Below are positions 25,950 to 37,026 of a stretch of DNA of 64,000 bases, piece by piece. The stretch lies in assembly GCF_038025025.1 (NCBI RefSeq), contig NW_027117338.1, positions 744,001-808,000 of the forward strand. Direction: 5' to 3'. The notes beneath the pieces were generated by a model that was not told the DNA's origin, did not search any database, and saw only the letters and a list, made by a program, of their open reading frames with translations. Positions within the stretch are counted from its first letter, which is position 1; each line of letters opens with the position of its first letter. Position numbers and translations under genes: made by a program. The DNA comes from Phyllosticta citribraziliensis (lineage: Eukaryota).

Positions 25950-27080
25950 ATGGCCAGGCTGGCAATGCTCCGTTCGCTTCGTCCAACAACCAAACCCGCT
26001 GCTATCTCTTCCCCAATCCGCGTCATGAGCTCCTCTTACGGCACGCTCTCCAACTACCTCGTCACCCCCGCCGAGCTCAATGCTGCCCTGCAAAAGAACC
26101 TTCACAGCAAGCTTTCTACTGCCCCTAGAGTCGTCCCCCTTTGCGGCACATGGTTCCTGCCCAACGACCCGCAAAAACGCACCGGATGGCAGGAATTCAA
26201 GTCTTGTAGAATCCCCAAGGCTCGTTTCTTTGACCTCGATGCCGTAAAGGACCAGGACAGCCCTTACCCGCACATGCTCCCCAGCGCTCAGGACTTTGCA
26301 AAGGCCCTGGGTCAACTAGGCATTCGCCAGGACGACAGTGTGGTTGTTTACGACAGCAAAGAGGCCGGCATTTTTTCTGCCCCGCGCGTTGCTTGGACCC
26401 TGAAGGTCTTTGGCCATTCCAATGTCCATATTTTGAACAACTTTAAGCTATGGGTCGAGCAGGGCTACCCGACTGAATGGGGCGAGCCTGACAAGGTCCA
26501 AGAGGTTGCGTACCCCGTTCCCGAACTGGACAAGTCCAAAGTGGTCGACTTTGAATACGTCAAGGACCTTGCCAAGAAGCAGGCAGATCAAACCTCTCCG
26601 GCTATCCAGATTCTCGATGCCAGGAGCAAGGGCCGTTGGGAGGGTAAAGATCCCGAACCAAGACCAGGTGAGTTGCTCGGTTTGTATCCATCCCATGATG
26701 GTTGACGGTGTGGCCTTTACTGCTTGATAACGACGCGCCCACATGTTGAACTCTCCCCCGAGACGGTGGCTGATATGCTGGCAGGACTCTCCTCCGGACA
26801 TATTCCCTCTTCTAGCTCGCTTCCCGTTCCAGAGCTACTGGACCCCACCAACAAGACCTTCCTCCCCGCGGACGAACTCAAAGCTTTGCTCGCATCCAAG
26901 GGCGTCGACCCCTCCAAGCCGGTGATTAGCAGCTGCGGTACCGGCGTCACTGCTGCAGTCATTGACGCCGCCTTGGCTGAAGCTGGCTTCCCCGAGAAGA
27001 CTCGCCAGCTGTATGATGGTAGCTGGACTGAGTGGGCGCAGCGCGCAACCGAGGAGGAAGGCTTGATCGTCAAGGTCTAG
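25950..27080 (+). CDS. TUM1: 3-mercaptopyruvate/thiosulfate sulfurtransferase (tandem rhodanese)
   Basis: RIPKARFFDLD, PHMLPS, SAPRVAWT, ILDARSKGR, EPRPGLSSGHIP, active-site loop SCGTGVTA, LYDGSWTEW. One intron at ~26668-26785. Confidence 0.95.
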
Positions 27081-27513
27081 TGGGATCCACAGCCGTGAAT
27101 CATCAGCGCAACTCCAAAAGTACGAAGGGAATGGACGATTCTGTATGATACCCCTCATGATTTTCAGCGTTGAGTGCCTTCGCGACCCGCCATTACTGCA
27201 GTTTTACGACTATCAACCAATGGGATCATGGATTACATTGAACATGCAGCTCGCCAGTGAATATCCACATCTCCCCGCTGCGTGTGGATCACACCATCGA
27301 CAAGGAACACGCTTCGCCCCCAATAGTAGTGGAAAAGCCAAAAGATGTGCTCCACGTGCATTCTAGGCCTCGAGAATCAAATCAAACAGCTGCAATGAGT
27401 CGGTTAATCGGGAAAACGATCCGCTAGTGGAAGGTTGACTTGACTCGCATAAGGACGTGGATATTCCAATCCCCCGGATCTCATGGTTCCATCTAGTCTT
27501 TCCCGTTACAATC

Positions 27514-29696
27514 ATGACAACCGCAATTGGTCTCGTCTTTTATGCCGTACTCGCACTCCTTCTATGGCGCCTCTCTCGCATCGGTCGTCGCCCCCCAGGG
27601 TATCCCCCTGGTCCCCTGACGCTCCCCCTTGTTGGCAACCTCCACCAGGTAACACCCTCGCTACTGCTAGAGGCTCATGGCGATACAGCTGCAATGTCTG
27701 AAGGGATATGAGAGCAAAATCCTCAGTCTACTGCGCTGAGAGAATCAACTCCTCGTTCACCCCCTTCGAACAAATCCTCTTCCCCCACGTCCTCCACAGT
27801 CTGTCATGCCACATGACTTTGCACCGAGCCTCAACCTTCCCCGAAACACAAAATTGACCATGCTCCCAGATGCCCGCCAAAAACCAACATGAGCAATTCC
27901 TCGTCTGGTCTCGCCAATATGGGCCCGTTTTCTCGTTGATTCTGGGCACACAAGTTTTGATCGTGCTGTCCAGCGACGAGGCCGCCAAGGACTTGCTGGA
28001 CAAGAGGAGTGCCATGTACAGTGATCGCCCAGACAGCTATGTCGGGCAGACGATTGGAAGCGGTGGTCTGAGGTTGCTCATGCTGGTTGGTGTCCTTTGG
28101 GTACGGGGTGGTGTTGGTCGAGTGCTAATGGAGTGGTGGTGTAGCCGTACGGACAGGACTGGCGCATGGTGAGTGCTCTGTGATGGAGTGTGGTTGAGGT
28201 GATGTTGACGGTGCATCAGATCAGAAAGCTTTCGCATCAGCTCCTGAACGCAAATGCGTCGCGCACATATGTAAGTGGACACATTGGACTGCCGAGTCGC
28301 ATTTCCTGGTCCAACGACTCCTGCAGGTGCCGTACCAGGACCTAGAATCCAAGCAAATGCTCGTCGACCTCCTCGACAAGCCGTCCAACTTCATCGAGCA
28401 CATCAGGAGATACACGGCATCTGTAACCACAAGCATAGCATTTGGGTATGTACTGAGCCATCACTACTCCAATCGCCGGCCATGTCCAGAGAACTGACTA
28501 CCTGCAGCTGGCGCGTCCCCCAATTCGACGAGAGCCGCCTCACGCGCTTCTACGCCGGCCTCGACGCCTACGTGCACCTCGTGCAAAGCCTCAGCGCCGG
28601 CCTGCTCGACTTCTACCCGCTACTCCGGCAGCTCCCGAGCTTTCTCTTCCCAGCCGTGCGCTCCGCGGCGGCCCTGCACGTCAAGGAGAAGGCGCTATAC
28701 CGCTCGCACTGGCTAGCCGCCAAAGCGCAGGCAGCAGCGGGCACGCTGCCGCCGTGCTTCTGCGCCGCGCTGAGCAGCACGCAGCACGCGCTGGGCCTGT
28801 CGGACGACTTCGCCGCCTACATCGCCGGCACGCTGCTCGAGGCCGGCGCCGACACGACGGGGAACACGCTCATGGCCTTCGTCATGGCCATGCTGCTGCA
28901 CCCGGAGGCGCAGGCGCGCGCGCAGGCCGAGCTCGACGCCGTCGTCGGACCCGACGCGACCAGGTTGCCGACTATGGAGGATGCGGAGCGCTGCCCCTAC
29001 ACGCGCGCTTGCGTCAAGGAGGCCCTGCGCTGGTTTCCGACTGCGATTCTTGGTGCCATGCCGCATGCCGCCTCGCGAGATGACGTGTATAACGGCTTCG
29101 CGATTCCCAAGGGCGCGGCCGTCATGCTCAACGTGTGGGCGCTCAACATGGATGCCGCGCGCTACACCACCACGACCACTTCCGCGTCCTCGCCCGGTGG
29201 TGACAAACATGACGACGACGGCGCGGCAACGAATGCCATCGATCCCTCGCTCTTCGCGCCCGAGCGCTACCTCGCCCGGCGCGAGTGGGCCGACGCCAGC
29301 GTCGCCGAGCTGGCCACAGCCGCCGACGCCGACGTGCGCGACGCGTGGGTCTTTGGCGCCGGCCGGCGGCTGTGTCCCGGCGTCCACGTCGCAGAGCGCA
29401 GCCTGTTCCTCGGCATGTCGCGCATTCTGTGGGCGTTTGACGTCGAGGCTCCTCTTGCTGAGAGCGCTGGCCGAGGAGGAGGGAAAGCAGGAAAGAAGAG
29501 GCTTCCTGATCCTCGCAATATGATCAACGGGCTGGTCGTCATGCCGGAGCCGTTTGAAGCTGTTTTCAGGGTTAGGGGGCAGGAAAGGGAGGACGTGGTG
29601 CGGCGGGAGTGGGGGAGTGTGAGGGGCGCTTTTTTGGACCCTCAGGAGCAGTGGTGCGCTGTGCCCGAGGGCATGGCGGTGCCGCGGGGTTTGTAA
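27514..29696 (+). CDS. Cytochrome P450 monooxygenase (OrdA/PatH-like appearance)
   Basis: N-terminal TM and PPGP-LPLVGNLHQ; I-helix EAGADTT; ExxR KEALRW; PERF-like FAPERY; heme loop FGAGRRLCPG. Five introns in the 5' half. Confidence 0.95.
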
Positions 29697-31045
29697 TTGA
29701 TGAAGCGAGAGCGTCAGATGGTCGAGGGGATGTTAGGGCGCTGTGGACTCACGTTTTCTGAATCGAGGGCTAGAGATTTCAGCACATTTGAAACGACATC
29801 AGAGAAGGAATAACCACGAGAGAGCGTCGGTAGCGAATCGGAAGAGAACTAGAGTATTATTAAACCACGCGCCGGTGCTGCCCCCCCAGGCAACGCAACC
29901 CAGTGCCGCCTCATATGGATGGGAGCGCGCGCACGCGTGGCGTAGTGCGTGTATATGTGTGATGGTATAGTACGTGTGCGCAAGGAACCCAACCCAACCT
30001 GACCCGACCCGACCTAGGAATTGCAGACAAGACAAGAGATGATGTGACGAGACAAAAGAAATAGAATGGAAAAAACAACGCAACGAAAGATATATGAAAG
30101 ATGTCGACCATCCAGAACTTTTTGCGCCAGTTGAGCCAACTGCCAAAAAACAATAAGATCCAAATGAAGTGCTGCAATGATTCCGTCTGACCCTGTTTAC
30201 GGAGACACACCAGCCCATAAGTTGCTTTGTATTATTGTACATGGTGTACGACGGCGTGTGCGGCTTGGCTTGGCTTGCTTGTTTGCTTGTTTGTGTGGTG
30301 GAGGGCCGGAGGCTGGCTGGCCGGCCTGCTGTCGTGCTCCTCACTGCTGAAACGTTTGCTTGCTCGCTCGCTTGCATAATCTCGCAGACCATAGATGATA
30401 GCCAACTCTGTGCCATCCTGCCGCAGATCTCCATTTCCACGGCGCTGAATGTGGAAGTGGGAATGAATAGAGGACAACGAAAAAGTCCCCAGGATGTGGA
30501 GATGATCAAAGGAAAAGAAAGAAGAGGGTCCCCATATCGCAGTGGGCGTACGTGGACCACCACCAGCATCTGCTGTGAAAACAAGCATGATGATAAGACG
30601 GGTGAATTGTGGAGAAGATCCACCTTCTTGCTGGCAGCCGCGACCATCGCCGCCGCCTACCGTCTGACCCCGGTCACCGCTGCATCTAGACAGCTGCGGG
30701 AAAAGTAAGGGGCAAAGTGTGGCCTGCTTAATCGTTTGTTGTTGCAGGTGCGCTGCGCGTCCCCTCGAGATAAGGAAACGCTGGCTGGTGGAGATTGTTG
30801 AGGAAGTTGAAATAGGAAAGGAGAGAGGAGAAAAGATAGCACAGCTCACTCCAGGGCCAGGCCACATCGGCAGGCGACAATTTGCAGGATGTGGCATGCA
30901 CACATCGGTTGTCCACCAAAAAGATCACCAACTCCAAGAGGCCAATGACGACGAGACTTGAAAGATAGGAAGAAACCCATGCACCACTCCAAGATTAGGT
31001 GCGAGTCAAAACCGTCGTGCTCCACTGCAATCGCAAATGATGCTT

Positions 31046-34000
31046 TTACGGTGCAACGCTCTGTCGCCAACGGTCAATGGCGTCCCTGCGCTCTGGGTTC
31101 AACGTGTTGTCAGGCATAGCAGCCTGACCGCCAAAGCCCATTCCGCTCTGCATGCCCATGCCAGCCATGGGCATCCCCATCCCCACGCCGCCGTAGCCCA
31201 TGTTCATGCCTGCCATGCCCATGCCCTGCATGCCGTAAGCAGGCTGCATCATCATCTGGTTTGGCATCATGTTCATGTTGCCCATGCCGGCCATCATGTT
31301 CGGCATTGACATGTTGCCCATGTTCATGTTGAACGTGTTCATTGGCATCATCATGCCCATGCCCATCATCTGAGGGGTTTGTTGCATGCCCATTCCCATG
31401 TTCATGTTCATCATGCCTGCCGGCTGAGCCATGTAGTTGCCGTCCATGGCCGGCATCGGGGTCTGTGGCGCCGTCGCAGGACCTGCACCAAGCGTCATGG
31501 TGCTCATGCGCTGCTGTCGTGGCTGGTTGGAAGTGCCCGTGATAGCCGCGAGGCCAGTCTGAGTCCGGGTCTGGTCTGCGAGCAGTCCGCGCTCGCCACT
31601 GTTGCTGGAAAGATGCAACATGCTCTTAGTCCGGCCTTGCTGCTCACGAGGAGATGGAAGGTCAAGCATGGGTCCGTAGGAGGAACGCCTATTACTGTTG
31701 CCTTCCTTGAGAATGGCTCTCGTCTTGGCCTTGTTGTGCTCGCTTTTCTGAAGAAGACTTCCCCGGGGAAGCTTGTCGAGCAATTGGTCGTCGCTGACGC
31801 GTCTAGCTTCATTCTTGGCGGGGAACATGGAGAGAATGTCTGCAAGACTTCTTGACGCCGTAAGCGATGGTCGCAAGGGGTTTCCAGTGGTCGGAGCATT
31901 GCCCTCGGCTCGCAGGCGGGCACGACGTTGACCCAATGTCTCCTCCTCTTCCGGTCCAGCAGGCTGCGCTGGTCTTGGAGTAATATCAGCATCGGTTTTA
32001 CTGTCTGCCTTTCCGTCGCTGTCCTTTTCCTTGGAATCGCCAAACTGGCCCATGAGCTCGGTGGCGAAATCACCGCTGACGGGGCGCGACTTCATGTCAC
32101 CGAGCGCCTGATCCAACATCTCTTTGCGCCTCAGACGTTCGCGCCTCGCTGCCAGGGGCTCTTCCTCGTGCTCCGAGTCTTCGTTAGCAGCTGGGGGTTC
32201 GGGTTCGGGTGATGGTTCGATATCAATCTGTGGCAATTCGTTGACAAAGACTGTTGAACGTTTGGCGGGGCTGGGATTCCTCATGGGAGCACCACCAGTG
32301 AGGCGGTTTCGTCGTCTGCTCAGAGGTTCCTTGTCTTCGAGCTCTTTTTGCTCCAGCAAACCCAACGGCCTGTCCCAGTCTTGTACGGGCGAACGGCTGT
32401 TCCTGCTTACAGCCTGTTGCCCGGGGAAAAGCATTCCAAGAGGGACATCGTCGTCTTCTTCCGGATGCGGCTGCGCGGCCTCCCACGCAAGGTTGACCTT
32501 CTGCGATTGGCGACGCTTCTTCTCAATTTCGGCGACGGCGTCAAGCTGGAGCAGCGTGCTGTTCATGCCATCGGGAAAGGCGGTGGCTGCAGACCGGTTC
32601 CGATTTTTCAAATGGGCCTTGCGCATCTGCAGTTCGGCCATCAACGTGGTGGGTTGGCCCCATTGGTAGGTATCTGCCATGGCAGTTGCGTTATCGTCGT
32701 CGTCATCCTCGCTCTCATGATCGGGGCGTATGTCCGTGCCAGCATAACAGTCATGCGCCGGTTTTGATTCGACCGAACCAGAACCCCCGCTCGAATGCGA
32801 TGGCTGACGGCGCGCCTTGTCACCCTCCATCATCGTTCCCAGGCTCAGTTGACTGCTGTTGCGCTTTTGCAGCTTGTTGAGCTTATCACCGCTCTTGCGT
32901 TTGGTGAGTTTGGAAAGTTGATCTGCACTGGATCGACGACCCAGCAGAAATCCAAGGGAGCGACGTTTGTCCTTCTTTTTGGATTTTTCATTCTCGACCG
33001 GTTTCTTTTCAGTCTCCTCATCGACAGTCAAGACGCTTGCTCGCCTCTGCGGTTCAATAAGTGTGGCCGAACTTTGTCTTTTTGAGTTGGGATCCCCGGT
33101 GCTCTTTTTCTTATCTGCCTTTCCGTAGACTTCGCGGGACACTGGCCCGGCAATCGGGTGATCAGTGAATGCGCTCACGGGTGCAGTTGCTGACGCTTCG
33201 AGAATCCCTTCGAGCGCCTGCGCAGCAGACTCGCCTTTGATGTCAACATCGTGAGCAGCGTTTGGCTGCTCAAAGTAGAGACTGGCGCGGAGCTGGGGAG
33301 GTAGGTTAGCCATGGTCTTCCGGCTGTCGGGCTTGCTTTCGCTGCCGGCGAGCCACATTGCCGAATTGCGTGCTTCTGGGGCAAAACTTGACATGGCTTT
33401 TGCCTTTCGCTTTGCCAGATCTGCAGATTGCGGTATTTGCGACAGACGTTGGGGCATGTTCAGCACTCGGGGAACCGGAGCAGGGTAGTAGACCATTCCG
33501 TCTTCGGGAAGAGGAATTTCACGTTGCTGCTGGGGCGGAAGAGAATGCATCATGGACTGGGCACTGCTTCCGGAAACTTCACGGAGGTTGGGGTTGTAAT
33601 GCACGCCATCAAAGTCGTCAAATGCTCCTTGGGCCTGTTGGAATGTATCTGCAGAGGCGGGTCTGTCCGGGAGATCAACAGGGTCAAACATGGTGTTGGC
33701 AGCTTGATGCACCACGCCGGCGGCGGGAGCAGACTCCTGGCTAGGAACGCTGCTCGGCACCGTGGCCAGCTCGTTGTGTATGTCCTCCACTATGCGGTCG
33801 TAATCAAGACTGAATTGCGAGGCTTGTCGCGTTGGTGGGTCCGAGGCCGAGAGCTGGGGAGTCTTTTGTATGGACGAGTCGTAGTCGGAGGCCGTCTCGT
33901 TGGTGTCGGGGACTTGATCGAGCAACGAGTTTTTGGACGTGGAGCGTTGGCGATTCAACGACGAAACATGGGACCAAGAACCGGAGCGGATGGAACCCTT

Positions 34001-34363
34001 GGGGGATGTCACGTAGCCGGTGGGGGAGTAGCCTCCCCATCTTGCGGTGGTATTGACATCCACAATGCTGTTAGCGTAGGAGCTAATTGAGGCGTTGCGC
34101 GAACGCTCGACGGCTTGTTTGGTGGAGGCGTTGTCTTCTTGGAGCGAGGGCCGGCCGCTGGAGTGGCGCTCTTCGGTCTGGAGCTTGCGAATCTCCTCGC
34201 CAATGTCGGAGCCGTTGGAGCTCATGCGCTCGGCATGGTGTTCGAGTCTCTCGACGTGAGAGTGGAAGCGGTCGGTGGGCGAAGACAGAAGATCGGGGGC
34301 AGGATGGGAGAGAGTGAGAGAGCCCTCGGCGGAGACGGTGCGGACCATTGGCTCGGCGGCCAT
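31046..34363 (-). CDS. Large (~1105 aa) uncharacterised, mostly disordered protein with Met/Gly-rich C-terminus
   Basis: Intronless 3.3 kb ORF; likely ATG at 34363 (ACCATGG context). Ordered-looking islands YYPAPVPRVLNMPQRLS, PTTLMAELQMRK, STLLQLDAVAE, and IDRWRQSV at the end. Confidence 0.85.
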   Translation of the reverse strand: MAAEPMVRTVSAEGSLTLSHPAPDLLSSPTDRFHSHVERLEHHAERMSSNGSDIGEEIRKLQTEERHSSGRPSLQEDNASTKQAVERSRNASISSYANSIVDVNTTARWGGYSPTGYVTSPKGSIRSGSWSHVSSLNRQRSTSKNSLLDQVPDTNETASDYDSSIQKTPQLSASDPPTRQASQFSLDYDRIVEDIHNELATVPSSVPSQESAPAAGVVHQAANTMFDPVDLPDRPASADTFQQAQGAFDDFDGVHYNPNLREVSGSSAQSMMHSLPPQQQREIPLPEDGMVYYPAPVPRVLNMPQRLSQIPQSADLAKRKAKAMSSFAPEARNSAMWLAGSESKPDSRKTMANLPPQLRASLYFEQPNAAHDVDIKGESAAQALEGILEASATAPVSAFTDHPIAGPVSREVYGKADKKKSTGDPNSKRQSSATLIEPQRRASVLTVDEETEKKPVENEKSKKKDKRRSLGFLLGRRSSADQLSKLTKRKSGDKLNKLQKRNSSQLSLGTMMEGDKARRQPSHSSGGSGSVESKPAHDCYAGTDIRPDHESEDDDDDNATAMADTYQWGQPTTLMAELQMRKAHLKNRNRSAATAFPDGMNSTLLQLDAVAEIEKKRRQSQKVNLAWEAAQPHPEEDDDVPLGMLFPGQQAVSRNSRSPVQDWDRPLGLLEQKELEDKEPLSRRRNRLTGGAPMRNPSPAKRSTVFVNELPQIDIEPSPEPEPPAANEDSEHEEEPLAARRERLRRKEMLDQALGDMKSRPVSGDFATELMGQFGDSKEKDSDGKADSKTDADITPRPAQPAGPEEEETLGQRRARLRAEGNAPTTGNPLRPSLTASRSLADILSMFPAKNEARRVSDDQLLDKLPRGSLLQKSEHNKAKTRAILKEGNSNRRSSYGPMLDLPSPREQQGRTKSMLHLSSNSGERGLLADQTRTQTGLAAITGTSNQPRQQRMSTMTLGAGPATAPQTPMPAMDGNYMAQPAGMMNMNMGMGMQQTPQMMGMGMMMPMNTFNMNMGNMSMPNMMAGMGNMNMMPNQMMMQPAYGMQGMGMAGMNMGYGGVGMGMPMAGMGMQSGMGFGGQAAMPDNTLNPERRDAIDRWRQSVAP

Positions 34364-34833
34364 GGTGTTTCTGGGCGAGACAGACAGACAGACAGACGGC
34401 GGCAGTGGCAGAGAACGGAGTATTTTAGGGGGCCACAAAAGAGAGAGAGGGTTCCAAAGAAGTGAGGGAGAGGCGGGAAGCGAGGGAATGGAGGTGATGG
34501 TGGTGTGGTCAGCGTCGGTTCGGGGGCGCGCCGCAAGGGCTAGGGAAGGGTAGGGTACGGTGCGGTACAGTGGTTTTGGCACACGAGGGCAGCGATAGGC
34601 AAGCAGCTAAAAATGTCGCCGTTTAGCCTTTTCGGGAATAGGAGGCCCGCGGATCGACTCGCAGCGCCCGCCATGGCCTGAACCCGAACCTGAACCTGAA
34701 CCTGACCCACGCCCAAGCCCAAGCAATGCGCCCGCCCCCGGCAGCCTTCATGTCGCCGTCCGTCAACAACTAATCCTGACGCGTCCAACCTACACGCTCC
34801 ACCGCCCACCCGCCATCCTTTTCCCAATCCGCC

Positions 34834-37026
34834 ATGGACCGTCCCTCGTTCAAGCGCAAGTCGGATGCCGACGATGCTCGCGCCCGCAAGACGCAAAAGA
34901 CCGGCGACGACGCCGCCCCGCCCGGCAAAATGTCCTTCGCCCAGCGAATGATGGCAAAAATGGGCTACAAGCAAGGCCAGGGTCTAGGCAAAGAAGGCGA
35001 GGGTATCCTCAATCCCATCGAGGTCAAGCTTCGGCCTCAGGGTGCTGGTGTTGGTGCCATCAAGGAAAGGACGGACCAGGCCAAGCAAGAGGCTCGTCGC
35101 GCCGCCGAGCGCAGAGGTGAGACGTATGAGGACTCGTCTGAAGAAGAGCGCAAGGCCCGCCGCAAGAGAAAGGCTGCGAAGAAAGCTGCTGCCGACAGCG
35201 GAGCCAGCACACCCGGCGGCCTTTCGCGTCCAAAGACAAAATACAGGACTGCTGCAGAGATTGAAGCCGCTGCCGATGGCCTCGAGGTTCCCAACGTGCT
35301 CAAGTCTCTGATCGATGCCACTGGCAGAGAACAAAAGCTGCTCACCTCAACGGCCGGTCTACTGACCCCGCTGGGCGGGGCACAATCTGCAACCACCGAA
35401 GCCGACAAGATTGCAACGCGCGCCCGTCGCGAGCTCGAGGCTTTTGCTGACTCGTGGGCCGGGCTGACCGAACGCAAGCAATTCATCGACGAAGAAGAAA
35501 GGGCCCTCCAGCAGGAGATTGACCATGACGAGGAGCAGTACCGGAAGGTGCTCGGCATTGCCGAAGCCGTAGAGAAGCTCAGCAATCTGGACCTGGGCCG
35601 GCCCAGCACCGCCGACGATGCGGCAGCGCAATGGGAGCAGGCTGTTTCTGAGCTCGAGACACTCCAGTTTGAATACCGCAACGAATTGACGCAATACGGT
35701 CTTCAAGAGGCTGCCGTAGCCGTGATTGCTCCCTTGTTCAAGCAGGAGATGCTCGACTGGGAGCCGCTCGAGAAGCCCATGCATCTTGTCCCCCAGCTGC
35801 ACCGTCTACGCACCATCTTGGGGATCGGTAAGGACAGTCTCACCCTTCACAATGGACGTCATGACCTCGGTGGCTACAGAAGACCCAAGTCGACGACGCC
35901 CTATGAGACTCTTATCTACACCCTGTGGCTGCCGCGAGTCCGCACAACCATTACGAATACATGGGATCCGTATGCGCCCAACTCCATGATTGCGCTCGTC
36001 GAGGCGTGGAAAGATGTCCTCCCAAAATTTGTCTTCCACAGCCTGCTCAACAACCTGATAGTTGCCAAACTCAAAGACGCTCTGCACGAGTGGAATCCGA
36101 AAACGTCACTTCGCCACAAGCGCAGCAAGCCACTCCCACACGTCTGGCTGTTTCCCTGGCTTCAGTATCTTTCAGAGGAGCACACAAACTCCAAATCCTC
36201 AACCGGCCTCTTGACTGACGTGCGCCACAAGTTCGGCTCTGCGCTCAAATCTTGGGACATCTCCCGCGGCATCCTGCCCGGCCTGGATCTCTGGCGCGAA
36301 GTTTTGCCAAATCTAGAATCTAGCCTCGTGCGGTACCTGCTGCCGCGCCTGGCCTTGCACCTGCAGACAAACTTTGCCGTCGACCCGTCGGACCAAGATC
36401 TCACGCCGTTGGAGCACGTGCTCGCCTGGCGCGACTTTTTCAAACCCAGCACGCTTGGCCAGCTTTTGCTCGCCGAGTTCTTTCCCAAGTGGCTCAACGT
36501 GCTGCACCTGTGGTTGACGTCGGAGCCCGACTACGAAGAGGTAGGCCAGTGGTTTTCGTGGTGGAAGTCGCAGTTCCCCGACGCCGTCAACGCCGTCCCG
36601 AGCGTGGCGCAGGCCTGGGACAAGGGTCTCGAGATGATGAACCAGGCCCTGGACCTGGGCGACGCGGCCAAAGACGCCCTCCCGCAGCCCGAAGTCGCGG
36701 ACCTTGCCGCCGAGGCTGCCGAAGAAAAGAAGCCAGACTTTAGCGCGTCGACGGCCAGCCGCGCGGCGGCCGAAGAGGACGCAACGACGTTTAAGGACGT
36801 CGTCGAGGACTGGTGTGGCGAGAATGACTTGCTCTTGATTCCGCTGCGCGAGGCGGACAAGCGGACGGGCCTGCCGCTGTTCCGCATCACGGCGAGCGCG
36901 AGCGGGCGCGGCGGCGTCGTTGCGTACATCAAGGGCGACATTGTGTGGGCCATCAACCGCAAAGACGACACGCGGGAGCCGCTGGGGCTGGAGGAGGCGC
37001 TGGTCAAGCGGGCCGAGGGCAAGTAA
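34834..37026 (+). CDS. TFIP11: G-patch spliceosome disassembly factor, TFIP11/Ntr1/Spp382
   Basis: G-patch SFAQRMMAKMGYKQGQGLGKEGEGILNPIEVKLRPQGAGVG; GCFC-like helical region with HVWLFPWL and FFPKWLNVLHLWL; FKDVVEDWC C-terminal motif. Confidence 0.9.
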   Translation: MDRPSFKRKSDADDARARKTQKTGDDAAPPGKMSFAQRMMAKMGYKQGQGLGKEGEGILNPIEVKLRPQGAGVGAIKERTDQAKQEARRAAERRGETYEDSSEEERKARRKRKAAKKAAADSGASTPGGLSRPKTKYRTAAEIEAAADGLEVPNVLKSLIDATGREQKLLTSTAGLLTPLGGAQSATTEADKIATRARRELEAFADSWAGLTERKQFIDEEERALQQEIDHDEEQYRKVLGIAEAVEKLSNLDLGRPSTADDAAAQWEQAVSELETLQFEYRNELTQYGLQEAAVAVIAPLFKQEMLDWEPLEKPMHLVPQLHRLRTILGIGKDSLTLHNGRHDLGGYRRPKSTTPYETLIYTLWLPRVRTTITNTWDPYAPNSMIALVEAWKDVLPKFVFHSLLNNLIVAKLKDALHEWNPKTSLRHKRSKPLPHVWLFPWLQYLSEEHTNSKSSTGLLTDVRHKFGSALKSWDISRGILPGLDLWREVLPNLESSLVRYLLPRLALHLQTNFAVDPSDQDLTPLEHVLAWRDFFKPSTLGQLLLAEFFPKWLNVLHLWLTSEPDYEEVGQWFSWWKSQFPDAVNAVPSVAQAWDKGLEMMNQALDLGDAAKDALPQPEVADLAAEAAEEKKPDFSASTASRAAAEEDATTFKDVVEDWCGENDLLLIPLREADKRTGLPLFRITASASGRGGVVAYIKGDIVWAINRKDDTREPLGLEEALVKRAEGK

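Noticed and set aside
7817..29696. ABC transporter, OPT, P450 and sulfurtransferase as a secondary-metabolite cluster
   Set aside because: No backbone synthase or cluster transcription factor, and the genes are interspersed with core genes such as APC11 and the USP gene.
30230..30710. Possible C/D snoRNA (ATGATGA 30587 … CTGA 30664) or a small spliced minus-strand gene
   Set aside because: No terminal stem and no recognisable rRNA guide; the putative introns have poor donors and branch points.
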